Position numbers and translations under genes: made by a program. A stretch of DNA of 35,253 nt from an uncultured Verrucomicrobiota bacterium. GTDB taxonomy: Bacteria; Verrucomicrobiota; Kiritimatiellia; CAIQIC01; Lenti-01. The first letter of the stretch is position 1. Every line of letters starts with the position of its first letter. The stretch lies in NCBI GenBank assembly GCA_964535205.1, contig CAZHSS010000001.1, positions 1-35,253 on the forward strand, written 5' to 3'. The notes below the pieces were generated by a model. The model made no database searches. It was not told the origin of the DNA and was given only the letters and a program-made list of their open reading frames with translations. Below, piece after piece: positions 1 through 9,086 of the stretch.

Positions 1-47
1 ATGCCACGCCTGTTGTCGTCACAAACACCCGCTCAATCACCACTAAT

Positions 48-1877
48 TTGATCGGCATGCGGGTGACGGTCGAAGATTCCCGGGACTGTGTCACAGGAGG
101 AAATCCCGGACGGCAAAACGAGGTGGCCACATTGGAAGTGCGTGATTTGCTTGAATGCGGCTATTACGTGGATATTGAAATAGAAGGATCGGTTGAGGAT
201 GTGGACGACGGTTATGACATGGTTTATTTCGAGGCCCATAGCAACAACTTCTATTTTTCAAGCCATGACGGCATTCCGGATGGGCTTAAAGAAGAATGTG
301 TTATGATAGATGAAAATGCAGAGAAAAACAATCTCATACTCGCCAACAGCACCGTTGTTCTGCGATACAACACGGTTGGCTATCGATGGCACAGCGGTGC
401 GTATGCCGAGATCATTCATGCAACGAATACAGGCCCCTACAAGGTGGTCGTTTCCGGGGCTGATGTGATATGCGTCGGCGAGACAGCGCAGATGGAGGCG
501 TCCGGTGCCGCCGGAGCACCCTTCACCTGGAGCGGCAATGGCGATATCTCGGTCAGCACGAATGGCGAAGTGACCGGCCTTGCCCCGGGAATTGCCACCG
601 TCATCGCCACCGATGCGGGCGGTTGTAGCGGAGAAAAAGAGATCATCATACTTAAGGTGGACTTGGATATAGATGCAAACTATGACGGGTCCATTGATGA
701 CGCAGATGACTATTCTGAAGAATCGCCAGGAGGCCTCGTTGTTCATTCAGATTCTTGGGATGATCGACCATTGACGAAAATCATCATTCAGAAGGTTCAG
801 CCGGAAGATTTGGATTGCAGTGTGGATCTTTCAATCTCGGCGGGCATATCAAAGATAGAGCTTTTCGAAGACTTTTTCGGAACCCAGCAAATATCTTTTT
901 TCCCTGTTACTTATCAGAATAGCGATTTGCCAAAGACGTTATGGGTTCGCTCTTGGGATACAAGTGATGCATTGGGCGATATAGAGTTTCAGCTTCAACT
1001 GAACACAATCGCCGAATGCCAAGACATCGTCCGGGGCACGTCGATTGAAGTTGAATATACTAATACTGTAAATCAAAAATACGGGTTTGATGGAGAGACC
1101 GATTTGCCAATATATTGGAAATCTATAAAGTGGTCGGATTCCGATACGGCTTTTGCGAAAATGGATCCCATTGCAGCCTCAACTCGCGTAAAATTCTCTT
1201 CGAGTTCTCCTGACATTTCCGTATCGCCTTCATCCGCTTCGACTTCTCCGGAGACTCTTACTCTTACCTCGCTCGGCACGATGGACAGCTCGATTGGGGC
1301 GGATTTGGGCGCAATTGATTATCTCAGGGCGGCTTTTCTTAATGTTAAAAACTATAGCCTTATAGAGAAGAGAGTGGCTCTTTATCGCGTTGTTGAGGGA
1401 GTAAGCAATATTCCTCCAGTTGACGCCACTTCAGCGGCCACCATCCAGGCGTATTTGAATGATTCAGTTTACAATCAGTGCGTAGCTGAATTTGAAGTTG
1501 TTGATTTTGGCATGACGAATGTGAACTATGATCTTAATAACGATGGTAAACTAGAGTACTCGTCGCCATTATCATCGGAGGCTCAAGTTATTTGCAGCGC
1601 CATTCCGCTCCCAGCTAACTTTGATTACGTTGTTTACCACGTTCACGACATTGCTGGGGCAAATGGATTTGCAAATCGAAATAATACGTATGCTTTTGTG
1701 CGTGATGGTTCCTTGTCAATACGCAACTTAATTGCCCATGAGCTTGGTCATGCTTTCGGAAATCTTCCAGATGGGGGGCCTTCTCATTGGCTGATGAACA
1801 ATACGGGTAATTGCGATGAGGGGAAAATGTTTTTACCCAAAGCTCATTGGGACCTGATCGATTCAAGACACCGCTAA
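48..1877 (+). CDS. Secreted Big_2 (bacterial Ig-like) domain protein with C-terminal zincin-type metallopeptidase motif; probably 5'-partial
   Basis: 609-aa ORF. The frame stays open back to window position 3 and there is no signal peptide at the first in-window start (TTG 48), so the true N-terminus probably lies upstream. Ig-like group-2 type segment VVVSGADVICVGETAQMEASGA...GIATVIATDAGGCSGEKEIIILKV. HELGHAFG (HExxHxxG) lies about 45 aa from the C-terminus. Low-GC codon usage. Stop TAA 1875-1877. Confidence 0.75.
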   Translation: MIGMRVTVEDSRDCVTGGNPGRQNEVATLEVRDLLECGYYVDIEIEGSVEDVDDGYDMVYFEAHSNNFYFSSHDGIPDGLKEECVMIDENAEKNNLILANSTVVLRYNTVGYRWHSGAYAEIIHATNTGPYKVVVSGADVICVGETAQMEASGAAGAPFTWSGNGDISVSTNGEVTGLAPGIATVIATDAGGCSGEKEIIILKVDLDIDANYDGSIDDADDYSEESPGGLVVHSDSWDDRPLTKIIIQKVQPEDLDCSVDLSISAGISKIELFEDFFGTQQISFFPVTYQNSDLPKTLWVRSWDTSDALGDIEFQLQLNTIAECQDIVRGTSIEVEYTNTVNQKYGFDGETDLPIYWKSIKWSDSDTAFAKMDPIAASTRVKFSSSSPDISVSPSSASTSPETLTLTSLGTMDSSIGADLGAIDYLRAAFLNVKNYSLIEKRVALYRVVEGVSNIPPVDATSAATIQAYLNDSVYNQCVAEFEVVDFGMTNVNYDLNNDGKLEYSSPLSSEAQVICSAIPLPANFDYVVYHVHDIAGANGFANRNNTYAFVRDGSLSIRNLIAHELGHAFGNLPDGGPSHWLMNNTGNCDEGKMFLPKAHWDLIDSRHR

Positions 1878-1894
1878 TGATTAAGGCATGCACC

Positions 1895-2857
1895 ATGAAA
1901 CATAACGCGTCATTATCTGTAATATTTTTTATCTTTTCACTGTCCCTTTCGGCAGGTGCTACAGAGGTCAACAACGCTTCATTCATTGCCGCGGTAGAAA
2001 AGTCTATAACCGCCGTAAAGAAGGGGGAGCCGTTCAGACTGGTCGATATTCCCCTTGCGGTTACCGATGATTCCCTGCAATTGCTTGAAAAATATAAGAA
2101 AGACCCTTCCCCAGATGTGCGCGAAGCCGCTCTTACTATATATTGCAGGATCGGTATTCGCTCAAAAGACATGGAAGTTCGACAGCGCGCGGTCGATAAT
2201 TTGGTCGAGGGGATTTTTGACTCATCAACCCTCGTTCGAGAGCATATTTCAAAACTGCTTTTTGAATTTTCACCAGAAGACTTTTCTGTTGGTGCAAAAA
2301 ATAGATTAATGGCGGCTATACAGACTAAGCCTGACTATAATGTGGTATTGGCTGTCGGGGTGGCGAACATTCAGGAGGCACTTCCCATTCTTTCAGAAAT
2401 CAGAACAAACGAAGTGGAGCGAATCGAACAGCTTATGGCTCGTCAAAGAGCTGACTCCGGTCTGTATCAGCCACGTTGGGATGTGTCCAGCCTGTACCGG
2501 GGTTCTTTGCTCGCATCCGGACGAATGGGGGAAACTTATGCAATTGAAGAATACATTCATCGCGTAGAAAATTTAGAGGAACTCTCCACACGCATGTACT
2601 TTATTAATTTATTACAGTATGTGCGACAACCAGAAGTAATTGAATTTCTTTTGAAATATTTGGACTCCAACGAATTCTATGGCGGCGAAGGAGATGTTGT
2701 AAAAGCTTTTGTAGCAGTAGATTCCGCTGAAATGTTAGTAAGTATGATCGATGGATTTCCAAGCCGGGAATATCTTGAACAAGAAGAAGCATACATCGCA
2801 CGTTGTAGAGAATGGGTATCGAATAATCCCGATAAAGTGGCGCAACAAACTGATTAA
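1895..2857 (+). CDS. Secreted HEAT/ARM-like repeat protein, function unknown
   Basis: Start chosen at ATG 1895 (MKHNASLSVIFFIFSLSLSAGA, a typical signal peptide) rather than the ORF-track start 1847, which overlaps the upstream gene. HEAT-like repeats DPSPDVREAALTIYCRIG and MEVRQRAVDNLVEG. Stop TAA 2855-2857. Confidence 0.7.
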   Translation: MKHNASLSVIFFIFSLSLSAGATEVNNASFIAAVEKSITAVKKGEPFRLVDIPLAVTDDSLQLLEKYKKDPSPDVREAALTIYCRIGIRSKDMEVRQRAVDNLVEGIFDSSTLVREHISKLLFEFSPEDFSVGAKNRLMAAIQTKPDYNVVLAVGVANIQEALPILSEIRTNEVERIEQLMARQRADSGLYQPRWDVSSLYRGSLLASGRMGETYAIEEYIHRVENLEELSTRMYFINLLQYVRQPEVIEFLLKYLDSNEFYGGEGDVVKAFVAVDSAEMLVSMIDGFPSREYLEQEEAYIARCREWVSNNPDKVAQQTD

Positions 2858-2882
2858 TAGATTCGCTATCCTTCTCTTCTGG

Positions 2883-2915
2883 TAAAGGGGCCGTAAAGGG
2901 GCCGTAAAGGGGCCG
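2883..2915. repeat. Three perfect tandem copies of the 11-mer TAAAGGGGCCG
   Basis: Read directly: copies at 2883-2893, 2894-2904 and 2905-2915. A perfect TATAAT hexamer follows at 2920-2925 on the + strand. Confidence 0.95.
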
Positions 2916-2981
2916 GTCCTATAATTTGATGTTTTGTCCATTTCATTCCTCTGGAATTGGTTAAGAAGGCCATATTTGACG

Positions 2982-3087
2982 TTTTTGGGGCAAAAATGAC
3001 CGAAAAATGCCTCAAAATCGCGATTTTGGGCCTATTTTGAGCATTTTAGGACTGAAAATACCGTTTTCGGTCCGTTTTAGGCGATTT
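2982..3087. promoter_or_regulatory. Helically phased A/T-tract array (predicted intrinsically curved DNA) at the low-GC/high-GC junction
   Basis: Eleven A4-5 or T4-5 tracts start at 2982, 2992, 3003, 3014, 3024, 3035, 3044, 3055, 3064, 3074 and 3084. Spacings are 10, 11, 11, 10, 11, 9, 11, 9, 10 and 10 nt. The later tracts have a degenerate unit like cgATTTTgRg. Confidence 0.7.
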
Positions 3088-3586
3088 TGAAGCCGAGGCG
3101 AGAAGAGGGCCGATCGCCCGCGTGGGCGGGCTTCGCGGGGTATGGGGCGCGCCCAGGCGCCGTGCCAGCGCGGGGCCGCGCTGTCACGTCACCTGCGGGG
3201 CTTCGGGTGCGCCGTTGAATCCGCTCTCGCGGTGCGGCCGATTGGCGCGGCGGGGAGGCGGGCGGCTGCGGTTTCCCCCGCCTTGGTTTTCCCCCGGCGC
3301 CCCCATTCCGAGGCGCCCCCTTCCTTATGCGGATCATCGGCCGGGGAAAAACCCATCCCCGTTCACTCTCTGCGCTCGTTCACTGGGGGCAACCACACGG
3401 CGGCCATTTTCGTTTATGGTGCCGCCGCCCTTCCGCCTTCGCCAAGGCTACGGTGGACAAAGTCGGGTCCCCCAGCCTGTAAACCCCCGCTGCCCACTGA
3501 ACACCCCCGCACCGGAAACCCCCGGAAACCCGCAGCCAACTTCCGCCTTGCGCGGCCGGAAGGCGCGTGGTTGACTCCCCTGCGGT

Positions 3587-4789
3587 ATGCCGCCACCCTT
3601 CTCCATGTCCTGGCTCTCCGGCGCCGCCGGACCGGCCCTGCGCCGCGCCGTCCGCCGGCTGCGGGGCCTCAACGAGCGCTGCGTGGAACTGCCGCCGGCC
3701 GCCGGCGCCTCCCCGCGCGGGCGCGTCCTGCTGTCCTACATCGTGGATGCCGTCCTCGTCCGCAGCGAACGCGACCTGCCCCACCGCCATCCGCATTTCT
3801 GGGAGACCTGGGCCATGGCGCAGGCCTTCCGCGAAGAAGGCTATGCGGTGGATGTCATCCACTGGACGCGGCGCGGCCCGCTCCCGCGCACCGATTACGA
3901 CATCTATGTGGACGTCCGCCGCAATTTTGACCGCTATGCCGCCGACCTGCCGCCTTCCTGCCTGAAGATCGCGCACATGGACACCGCGCATCACCGGGTC
4001 CACAACGGCAGCCAGCAGCGGCGGCTCGACGACCTGCGGCAGCGGCGCGGCATCGCCCTCGCCCCCTTCAAGCAGATCGAAGAAAACCGCGCCGCGGAAA
4101 ACGCCGACCTGATCACCGTTCTCGGCAACGAGTTCACCATCGGGTCGTTCGCCTTCGCCGGCAAGCCCATCCGCCGCATCCGCCTGTCCAACGCCTTCGA
4201 CTATCCGTTTCCGGACGGCCGCGACCTGGCCGCCGCCCGCCGCCGCTTCCTGTGGCTGGGCAGCGAGGGCTTTGTCCACAAGGGCCTCGATCTCGTCCTC
4301 GACGCCTTCGCCGGCCTGCCGGATCTGCACCTGACCGTCTGCGGACCCGTCGAACGGGAACCCGCCTTCCGCAACGCCTTTGCGGACCTTCTCTACCGCA
4401 CTCCCAACATCCGCACCGAAGGCTGGGTGGATGTCGCCGGCCCGCGCTTCCGGGAACTGGCCCGCCAAAGCCTCGCCCTGGTCTATCCCTCCTGCTCGGA
4501 AGGCGGGGGCGGCTGCGTCCTCACCGCCATGCATGCCGGCCTGATTCCCGTGGTCACCCGGGAGGCCAGCGTGGACATCGCCCCGGACCGCGGCGTAACC
4601 CTGCCGGACGCCTCGGTGGAATCCATCCGGACCGCGGTCCGGACCCTGTCCGCCGCGCCGCCCGCCGACCTGGAGGCCATGGCCCGCGCCGCGTGGACCT
4701 GGGCGCGGGAATTCCACACCCGCGAACGCTTCTTCAGCGAATACCGCGCCTTCGTCCGGGAACTGGATTCCTTCCGCAAGAAAGGCTGA
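3587..4789 (+). CDS. Glycosyltransferase, GT1/GT4 family (GT-B fold)
   Basis: 400 aa. C-terminal GT-B signature FLWLGSEGFVHKGLDLVLDAF ... LVYPSCSEGGGGCVLTAMHAGLIPVV. ATG 3587, TGA 4787-4789. Confidence 0.85.
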   Translation: MPPPFSMSWLSGAAGPALRRAVRRLRGLNERCVELPPAAGASPRGRVLLSYIVDAVLVRSERDLPHRHPHFWETWAMAQAFREEGYAVDVIHWTRRGPLPRTDYDIYVDVRRNFDRYAADLPPSCLKIAHMDTAHHRVHNGSQQRRLDDLRQRRGIALAPFKQIEENRAAENADLITVLGNEFTIGSFAFAGKPIRRIRLSNAFDYPFPDGRDLAAARRRFLWLGSEGFVHKGLDLVLDAFAGLPDLHLTVCGPVEREPAFRNAFADLLYRTPNIRTEGWVDVAGPRFRELARQSLALVYPSCSEGGGGCVLTAMHAGLIPVVTREASVDIAPDRGVTLPDASVESIRTAVRTLSAAPPADLEAMARAAWTWAREFHTRERFFSEYRAFVRELDSFRKKG

Positions 4790-4792
4790 TGC

Positions 4793-5779
4793 ATGGAAAC
4801 GCCGTCGTCCCCCGCCCGCCCCCATGTCTGGGCCGTTGTGCTCGGATATAACCATCCCGAGGTCACCCTCGACTGCCTGCAAAGCCTCGCCAAGGTGGAT
4901 TACCGGCCGTTCACCGTGCTGTACGTGGACAACGGCAGCGAGAGGTCCGCCTGCGAACAGGTCATGCAGAACGCGCCGGGCTGCGGCGTGCTGCGGCTGG
5001 AACCCAACGCCGGCGTCGCCGGCGGCTTCAACGCCGGCATCCGCCATGCCCTGGCGCACGGGGCGGATTATGTCCTCATCCTGAACAACGACACCACGGT
5101 CGAGCCCGGATTCGCCGGACATCTCGTCGCCGCCGCCCTGGCGCATCCCCGCGCCGGCCTGCTCGTGCCCAAGATCTACTACCACGGCCACCCCGATACC
5201 GTCTGGTCCGCCGGCTCCGTGTTCCGGCGCTTTCCCCCCGTCGTCACCATGCGCAAAACGCGCGGGCCCGACGACGGCCGCTACGACCGGCCCGGCGACC
5301 TGGACTTCGCCACGTTCTGCGTCATTATGTTCAGCCGCGCCATCCTCGAAACCGCCGGCCTGATGGATCCCGACTACCATTTCCTCTACGAAGACTACGA
5401 CCTGTGCCTGCGCGCGCGCGAAGCGGGGTTCGGCATCCGCTACGTGCCCGATGCGCATGTCTGGCACAAAATCTCCATGACCACCGGCGCCGGCACCCCC
5501 AATCCCCAATTCTGGCATACCTACGGCCGCAGCGAATCCATCTTCCGCCGGAAGTTCCGCCGCCACCGCTGGCTGACCGGCTGGACCCACGCCGCCTACA
5601 TCGTGGCGCGCTTCGTGTTCGAGGGCAACCGGTATGGCGTCCGCCCCTACCTCCAGGGCTGGCGGCAGGGCGCCCGCGATCCCCTCCACCCCCCGCCGCG
5701 CCTCGACACGCCGTCCGCCGCTTCTGAAACGCTGCTGCGCGAGCCGGCACACGCGCCGGAGCGTCCATTGGGCGCTTGA
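4793..5779 (+). CDS. Glycosyltransferase family 2 (WbbL/rhamnosyltransferase-like)
   Basis: 328 aa. Motifs VVLGYNHPEVTLDCLQSL, YVDNGS, NAGVAGGFNAGI, LILNNDT and YEDYDLCLRAREAGFGIRYVPDAHVWHK. Starts 3 nt after the upstream stop. Confidence 0.88.
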   Translation: METPSSPARPHVWAVVLGYNHPEVTLDCLQSLAKVDYRPFTVLYVDNGSERSACEQVMQNAPGCGVLRLEPNAGVAGGFNAGIRHALAHGADYVLILNNDTTVEPGFAGHLVAAALAHPRAGLLVPKIYYHGHPDTVWSAGSVFRRFPPVVTMRKTRGPDDGRYDRPGDLDFATFCVIMFSRAILETAGLMDPDYHFLYEDYDLCLRAREAGFGIRYVPDAHVWHKISMTTGAGTPNPQFWHTYGRSESIFRRKFRRHRWLTGWTHAAYIVARFVFEGNRYGVRPYLQGWRQGARDPLHPPPRLDTPSAASETLLREPAHAPERPLGA

Positions 5780-5806
5780 CCCCCCTTTTTGATCCGTGCT
5801 AGAGAG

Positions 5807-6487
5807 ATGCGCATGAAATTCAAGCTCCCTGCCTTGTCCTCGCTCTTGTGGCCGGGGGCCCTGTTTGCTGCCTTTGCCCTCCTTGCCGCGGGGTGCGAAC
5901 CCGGCGGTTTCTCCGAAGGCGACGGCACCCAAACGCCGATTTCCATGGCGGAACTCAACGGAATCGAGCCGGAGGCGGAATCACCGCCCGCCGAGACCGA
6001 AACCGAAACGGAAACCGACGAAGCCGACGAAACCCCGGCCGTTCCGGTCACCGTGCCCACGCCGGCCCCGGCCCCCGCCCCCATTGTGTCCAGCGGCGGA
6101 TTCCTGTGGCAGCCCCGGACCGACAGCGTCCGGATCGTCATTCCCGCCTCGCTCCCCCATTGGCAGATGCACGTGTTCTCCCGGCGCCGGCACTACACGC
6201 TCTACGGCCCCGACAACCGCGGCGGCAACCAGCCCGTCAACGTGGAATACATCCTTCCCGGCGGCGGCGCGGTCTGGCGGCAGAAATCCCTCCAGGTCGG
6301 CGACGACGGCACCCTGCTGGTGTTCATCAATACGCGCGACGTGGCCACCGGCACCTACAAGAACGCCGGCTGGCGCATCATGAATCCGGAACAGGCCCAG
6401 TCCGGCGTCGGCGGCCGGCTCCTCCCCGGGGAAAACCGGGCCGTCCTGGATCTTTCCCTGGACGGCACGACGGCCGCCCCGAATTGA
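5807..6487 (+). CDS. Lipoprotein of unknown function with an acidic TE-repeat / PA-rich linker
   Basis: Start set at ATG 5807 (or 5813). Signal peptide plus lipobox: [30 protein letters not shown]. Linker [32 protein letters not shown]. The globular C-terminal part has no recognisable family. Confidence 0.65.
   Translation: MRMKFKLPALSSLLWPGALFAAFALLAAGCEPGGFSEGDGTQTPISMAELNGIEPEAESPPAETETETETDEADETPAVPVTVPTPAPAPAPIVSSGGFLWQPRTDSVRIVIPASLPHWQMHVFSRRRHYTLYGPDNRGGNQPVNVEYILPGGGAVWRQKSLQVGDDGTLLVFINTRDVATGTYKNAGWRIMNPEQAQSGVGGRLLPGENRAVLDLSLDGTTAAPN
5993..6034 (+). repeat. Imperfect hexanucleotide (GAAACC-like) coding microsatellite
   Basis: gagaccgaaaccgaaacggaaaccgacgaagccgacgaaacc encodes [14 protein letters not shown] inside the lipoprotein gene. 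Confidence 0.7.
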
Positions 6488-6540
6488 TCCGGCAGAACCA
6501 GCATCCTGGACGCTGTCCTGCCGCAGAAAGGAGACAACAG

Positions 6541-7317
6541 GTGAAAGCGGTTATTCTGGCCGGGGGATACGGCACCCGCCTGAGCGAGGAAACCACGGCC
6601 CGCCCCAAGCCGATGGTGGAAGTCGGCGGCATGCCGATTCTCTGGCACATCATGAAAATCTACGCCGCCCACGGCATTGACGACTTCGTGATCTGCTGCG
6701 GCTACAAGGGCCACATGATCAAGGAGTACTTCGCCAACTACTTCCTCTACAATTCGGATGTCACCATCGACCTGCAGCGCAACAAGACCACCATCCACCA
6801 GCACACCGTCGAGCCCTGGCGCGTCACCCTCGTGGACACCGGCGAAAACAGCGGCACGGGCGGCCGCCTCAAGCGCGTGGCCCCCTACCTGGACAGCGGG
6901 ACCTTCTGCTTCACCTACGGCGACGGCGTCAGCAACGTGGACATCCGCCGCACCATCGCCTTTCACCGCGAACAAAAGGCCCTGGCCACCATGACGGCCG
7001 TGCAGCCGCCCGGGCGGTTCGGCTCCTTCCGCCTGGCCGAGGGCCAGGTCCGCATCGCCTCCTTCCGCGAAAAACCCCAGGGCGACAACGCCTGGGTCAA
7101 CGGCGGGTTCTTCGTCCTCGAACCCCAGGCGCTGGACTACATTGACAACGACGCGACGTTCTGGGAGGCCGATCCGATGGAACGCCTGGCCCGCGACGGC
7201 CAGCTGGTGGCCTGCAAGCACGACGGCTTCTGGCAGTGCATGGACCACCTGAAGGACAAGATCGACCTCGACCGGATGTGGACCGAAGGCCGCGCCCCCT
7301 GGAAAGTGTGGGAGTGA
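6541..7317 (+). CDS. rfbF: Glucose-1-phosphate cytidylyltransferase
   Basis: GTG 6541 preceded by AAAGGAG (6528-6534). [73 protein letters not shown] is the canonical RfbF/DdhA N-terminus. The upstream part of ORF 5848..7317 is an Arg/Pro-rich out-of-gene extension. Confidence 0.92.
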   Translation: MKAVILAGGYGTRLSEETTARPKPMVEVGGMPILWHIMKIYAAHGIDDFVICCGYKGHMIKEYFANYFLYNSDVTIDLQRNKTTIHQHTVEPWRVTLVDTGENSGTGGRLKRVAPYLDSGTFCFTYGDGVSNVDIRRTIAFHREQKALATMTAVQPPGRFGSFRLAEGQVRIASFREKPQGDNAWVNGGFFVLEPQALDYIDNDATFWEADPMERLARDGQLVACKHDGFWQCMDHLKDKIDLDRMWTEGRAPWKVWE

Positions 7318-7323
7318 GTCGTC

Positions 7324-8553
7324 ATGCCGACCTGCCGATTCTGCGGAACTGACCTGACGCGCACGTTCGTGGACCTGGGCGTCTCGCCGGTCGCCAACGA
7401 CTACCTGCCCGCCGACGCCCTGGACCGGATGGAACCCTTCTATCCCCTGCACGCCCGCGTGTGCGACAAATGCCTGCTGGTGCAGCTCCCCCCGGTCCAG
7501 GACCCGCAGGCGTTCTTCAACGACCGCTACGCCTATTTCTCTTCCTTCTCCGATTCGTGGCTGGCGCATGCCCGGGACTATGCGGCCGCCATGATCCGGC
7601 GCTTCGGACTCGGACCCGCCCACCGCGTGGTGGAAGTCGCCAGCAACGACGGCTATCTGCTCCAATACTTCCGGGAGGCCGGCATTCCCGTGCTGGGCAT
7701 CGAGCCCGCCCGCAACTGCGCCGAAGCCGCCGTCGCCAGGGGCATCCCCACCGAAGTCCGCTTCTTCGGCGCCGAAACCGCCCGCGCCCTCGCGCCCGCG
7801 CATGCCGCCGACCTCATGGCGGCCAACAACGTGCTCGCCCACGTGCCGGACATCAACGACTTCGTCGAAGGCTTCCGGATCCTGCTCAAGCCGGAGGGCG
7901 TCGCCACCTTCGAGTTCCCCCACCTGCTGAATCTGATCCAGCGCAGCGAATTCGACACCATCTACCACGAGCACTATTCCTATCTGTCGCTTCATGCCAC
8001 GCGGCAGATTTTCGCCGCCCACGGCCTGACCGTCTTCGACGTGGAGGAAATCGCCAGCCACGGCGGCTCCCTGCGGCTCTTCGTCCGCCACGCCGCGAAC
8101 GACCGCCTGCCCGTCGGGCCCGGCGTCGCCCGCGTGCAGGCCAAGGAGGAACAGGCCGGCCTGACCCGCCTGGACGGCTACCTGGGCTTCGACAGCAAGG
8201 TGCAGAAGGTCAAACGCGACCTGCTCAGGTTCCTGATCGCGGCCAAGGAAGCCGGACAGACCGTCGCCGGCTACGGCGCCCCCGCCAAGGGCAATACCCT
8301 GCTCAACTATTGCGGCGTCCGCACCGACCTGCTCGCCTTCACCGTGGATCGCAGCCCCCACAAGCACGGCAAGTTCCTGCCGGGAACCCGCATTCCCGTT
8401 TATCCGCCGGAGAAAATCCAGGAAGCCCGCCCCGATTTCCTGCTCATCCTGCCGTGGAACCTCCAGGACGAAATCATCGGGCAGATGAAAGGCATCCGGG
8501 AATGGGGAGGGAAATTCGTCGTGCCGATCCCCGAACTCCAGGTCCTGCCGTGA
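7324..8553 (+). CDS. SAM-dependent methyltransferase with the sugar C-methyltransferase architecture (TylC3/NovU-like: Zn-ribbon + MTase + C-terminal domain)
   Basis: 409 aa. N-terminal CRFCGTDLTRTFVDLGVSPVANDYL zinc-ribbon motif. Class I MTase core VVEVASNDGYLLQYF. C-terminal VAGYGAPAKGNTLLNYCG ... DRSPHKHGKFLPGTRIPV. Confidence 0.85.
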   Translation: MPTCRFCGTDLTRTFVDLGVSPVANDYLPADALDRMEPFYPLHARVCDKCLLVQLPPVQDPQAFFNDRYAYFSSFSDSWLAHARDYAAAMIRRFGLGPAHRVVEVASNDGYLLQYFREAGIPVLGIEPARNCAEAAVARGIPTEVRFFGAETARALAPAHAADLMAANNVLAHVPDINDFVEGFRILLKPEGVATFEFPHLLNLIQRSEFDTIYHEHYSYLSLHATRQIFAAHGLTVFDVEEIASHGGSLRLFVRHAANDRLPVGPGVARVQAKEEQAGLTRLDGYLGFDSKVQKVKRDLLRFLIAAKEAGQTVAGYGAPAKGNTLLNYCGVRTDLLAFTVDRSPHKHGKFLPGTRIPVYPPEKIQEARPDFLLILPWNLQDEIIGQMKGIREWGGKFVVPIPELQVLP

Positions 8554-9080
8554 AACTCGTTCCGCTGCGCATCCCGGGGGCGTTCCGGATCGACGCGGAC
8601 CCGCTGGAAGACGAGCGCGGGTTTTTCGCGCGGACCTTCTGCCGGGAGGAACTCCGGCGCCACGGCGTGGAGTTCCCGGTGGCCCAGTGCAGCGTGTCCT
8701 TCAACCGCGAGGCGTTCACCCTCCGCGGCATGCATGTCCAGGCCGCCCCCTGCCCCGAACAGAAGATCGTCCGCTGCACCGCCGGCCGCGTGTGGGACTG
8801 CCTCCTGGACCTGCGGCCCGGCTCGCCCGCATTCAAGCAATGGACCGCCGAGGAACTCTCCGCCGAAAACCGCCGCGCCCTCCTCATCCCCGAACAGTGC
8901 GCCCACGGCTTTCTCAGCCTGGAACCCGGCACGGAACTGCTCTACATGATGTCCGCCCCGTTCGCCCCGGAATGCGCCCGCGGCGTGCGCTGGAACGATC
9001 CCGCCTTCGGCATCGCCTGGCCCGCCCCGCCGCGCATCCTCTCGGACAAAGACCGCTTGTTCCCCGACTTCACCGGATAA
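8550..9080 (+). CDS. NDP-4-keto-6-deoxyhexose 3,5-epimerase family protein (RmlC-like cupin)
   Basis: GTG 8550 overlaps the upstream TGA (GTGA). LEDERGFFARTF, TLRGMHVQ, KIVRCTAGRVWDCLLDLRPGSPAFKQW and NDPAFGIAWP match the RmlC family pattern. 176 aa. Confidence 0.88.
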   Translation: MKLVPLRIPGAFRIDADPLEDERGFFARTFCREELRRHGVEFPVAQCSVSFNREAFTLRGMHVQAAPCPEQKIVRCTAGRVWDCLLDLRPGSPAFKQWTAEELSAENRRALLIPEQCAHGFLSLEPGTELLYMMSAPFAPECARGVRWNDPAFGIAWPAPPRILSDKDRLFPDFTG

Positions 9081-9086
9081 TCCGCC

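Noticed and set aside
3122-3930. ORFs 3122..3574 (150 aa) and 3142..3930 (262 aa)
   Set aside because: Mutually overlapping Arg/Pro/Gly/Ala-rich frames. The second overlaps the GT1 gene out of frame. Neither has motifs.
3380-5932. 850-aa ORF on the - strand
   Set aside because: It lies antisense to two well-supported glycosyltransferase genes. The composition is Gly/Ala/Arg/Pro-rich with no motifs, as expected for a shadow ORF in >70% GC DNA.
5848-6540. N-terminal 231 codons of ORF 5848..7317
   Set aside because: Arg/Pro-rich and overlaps the lipoprotein gene in another frame. The RfbF homology begins exactly at GTG 6541, which has a good Shine-Dalgarno sequence.
6355-8367. 670-aa ORF on the - strand
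   Set aside because: Antisense shadow of rfbF and the methyltransferase. Low-complexity Gly/Ala/Val/Asp composition with no family signature.
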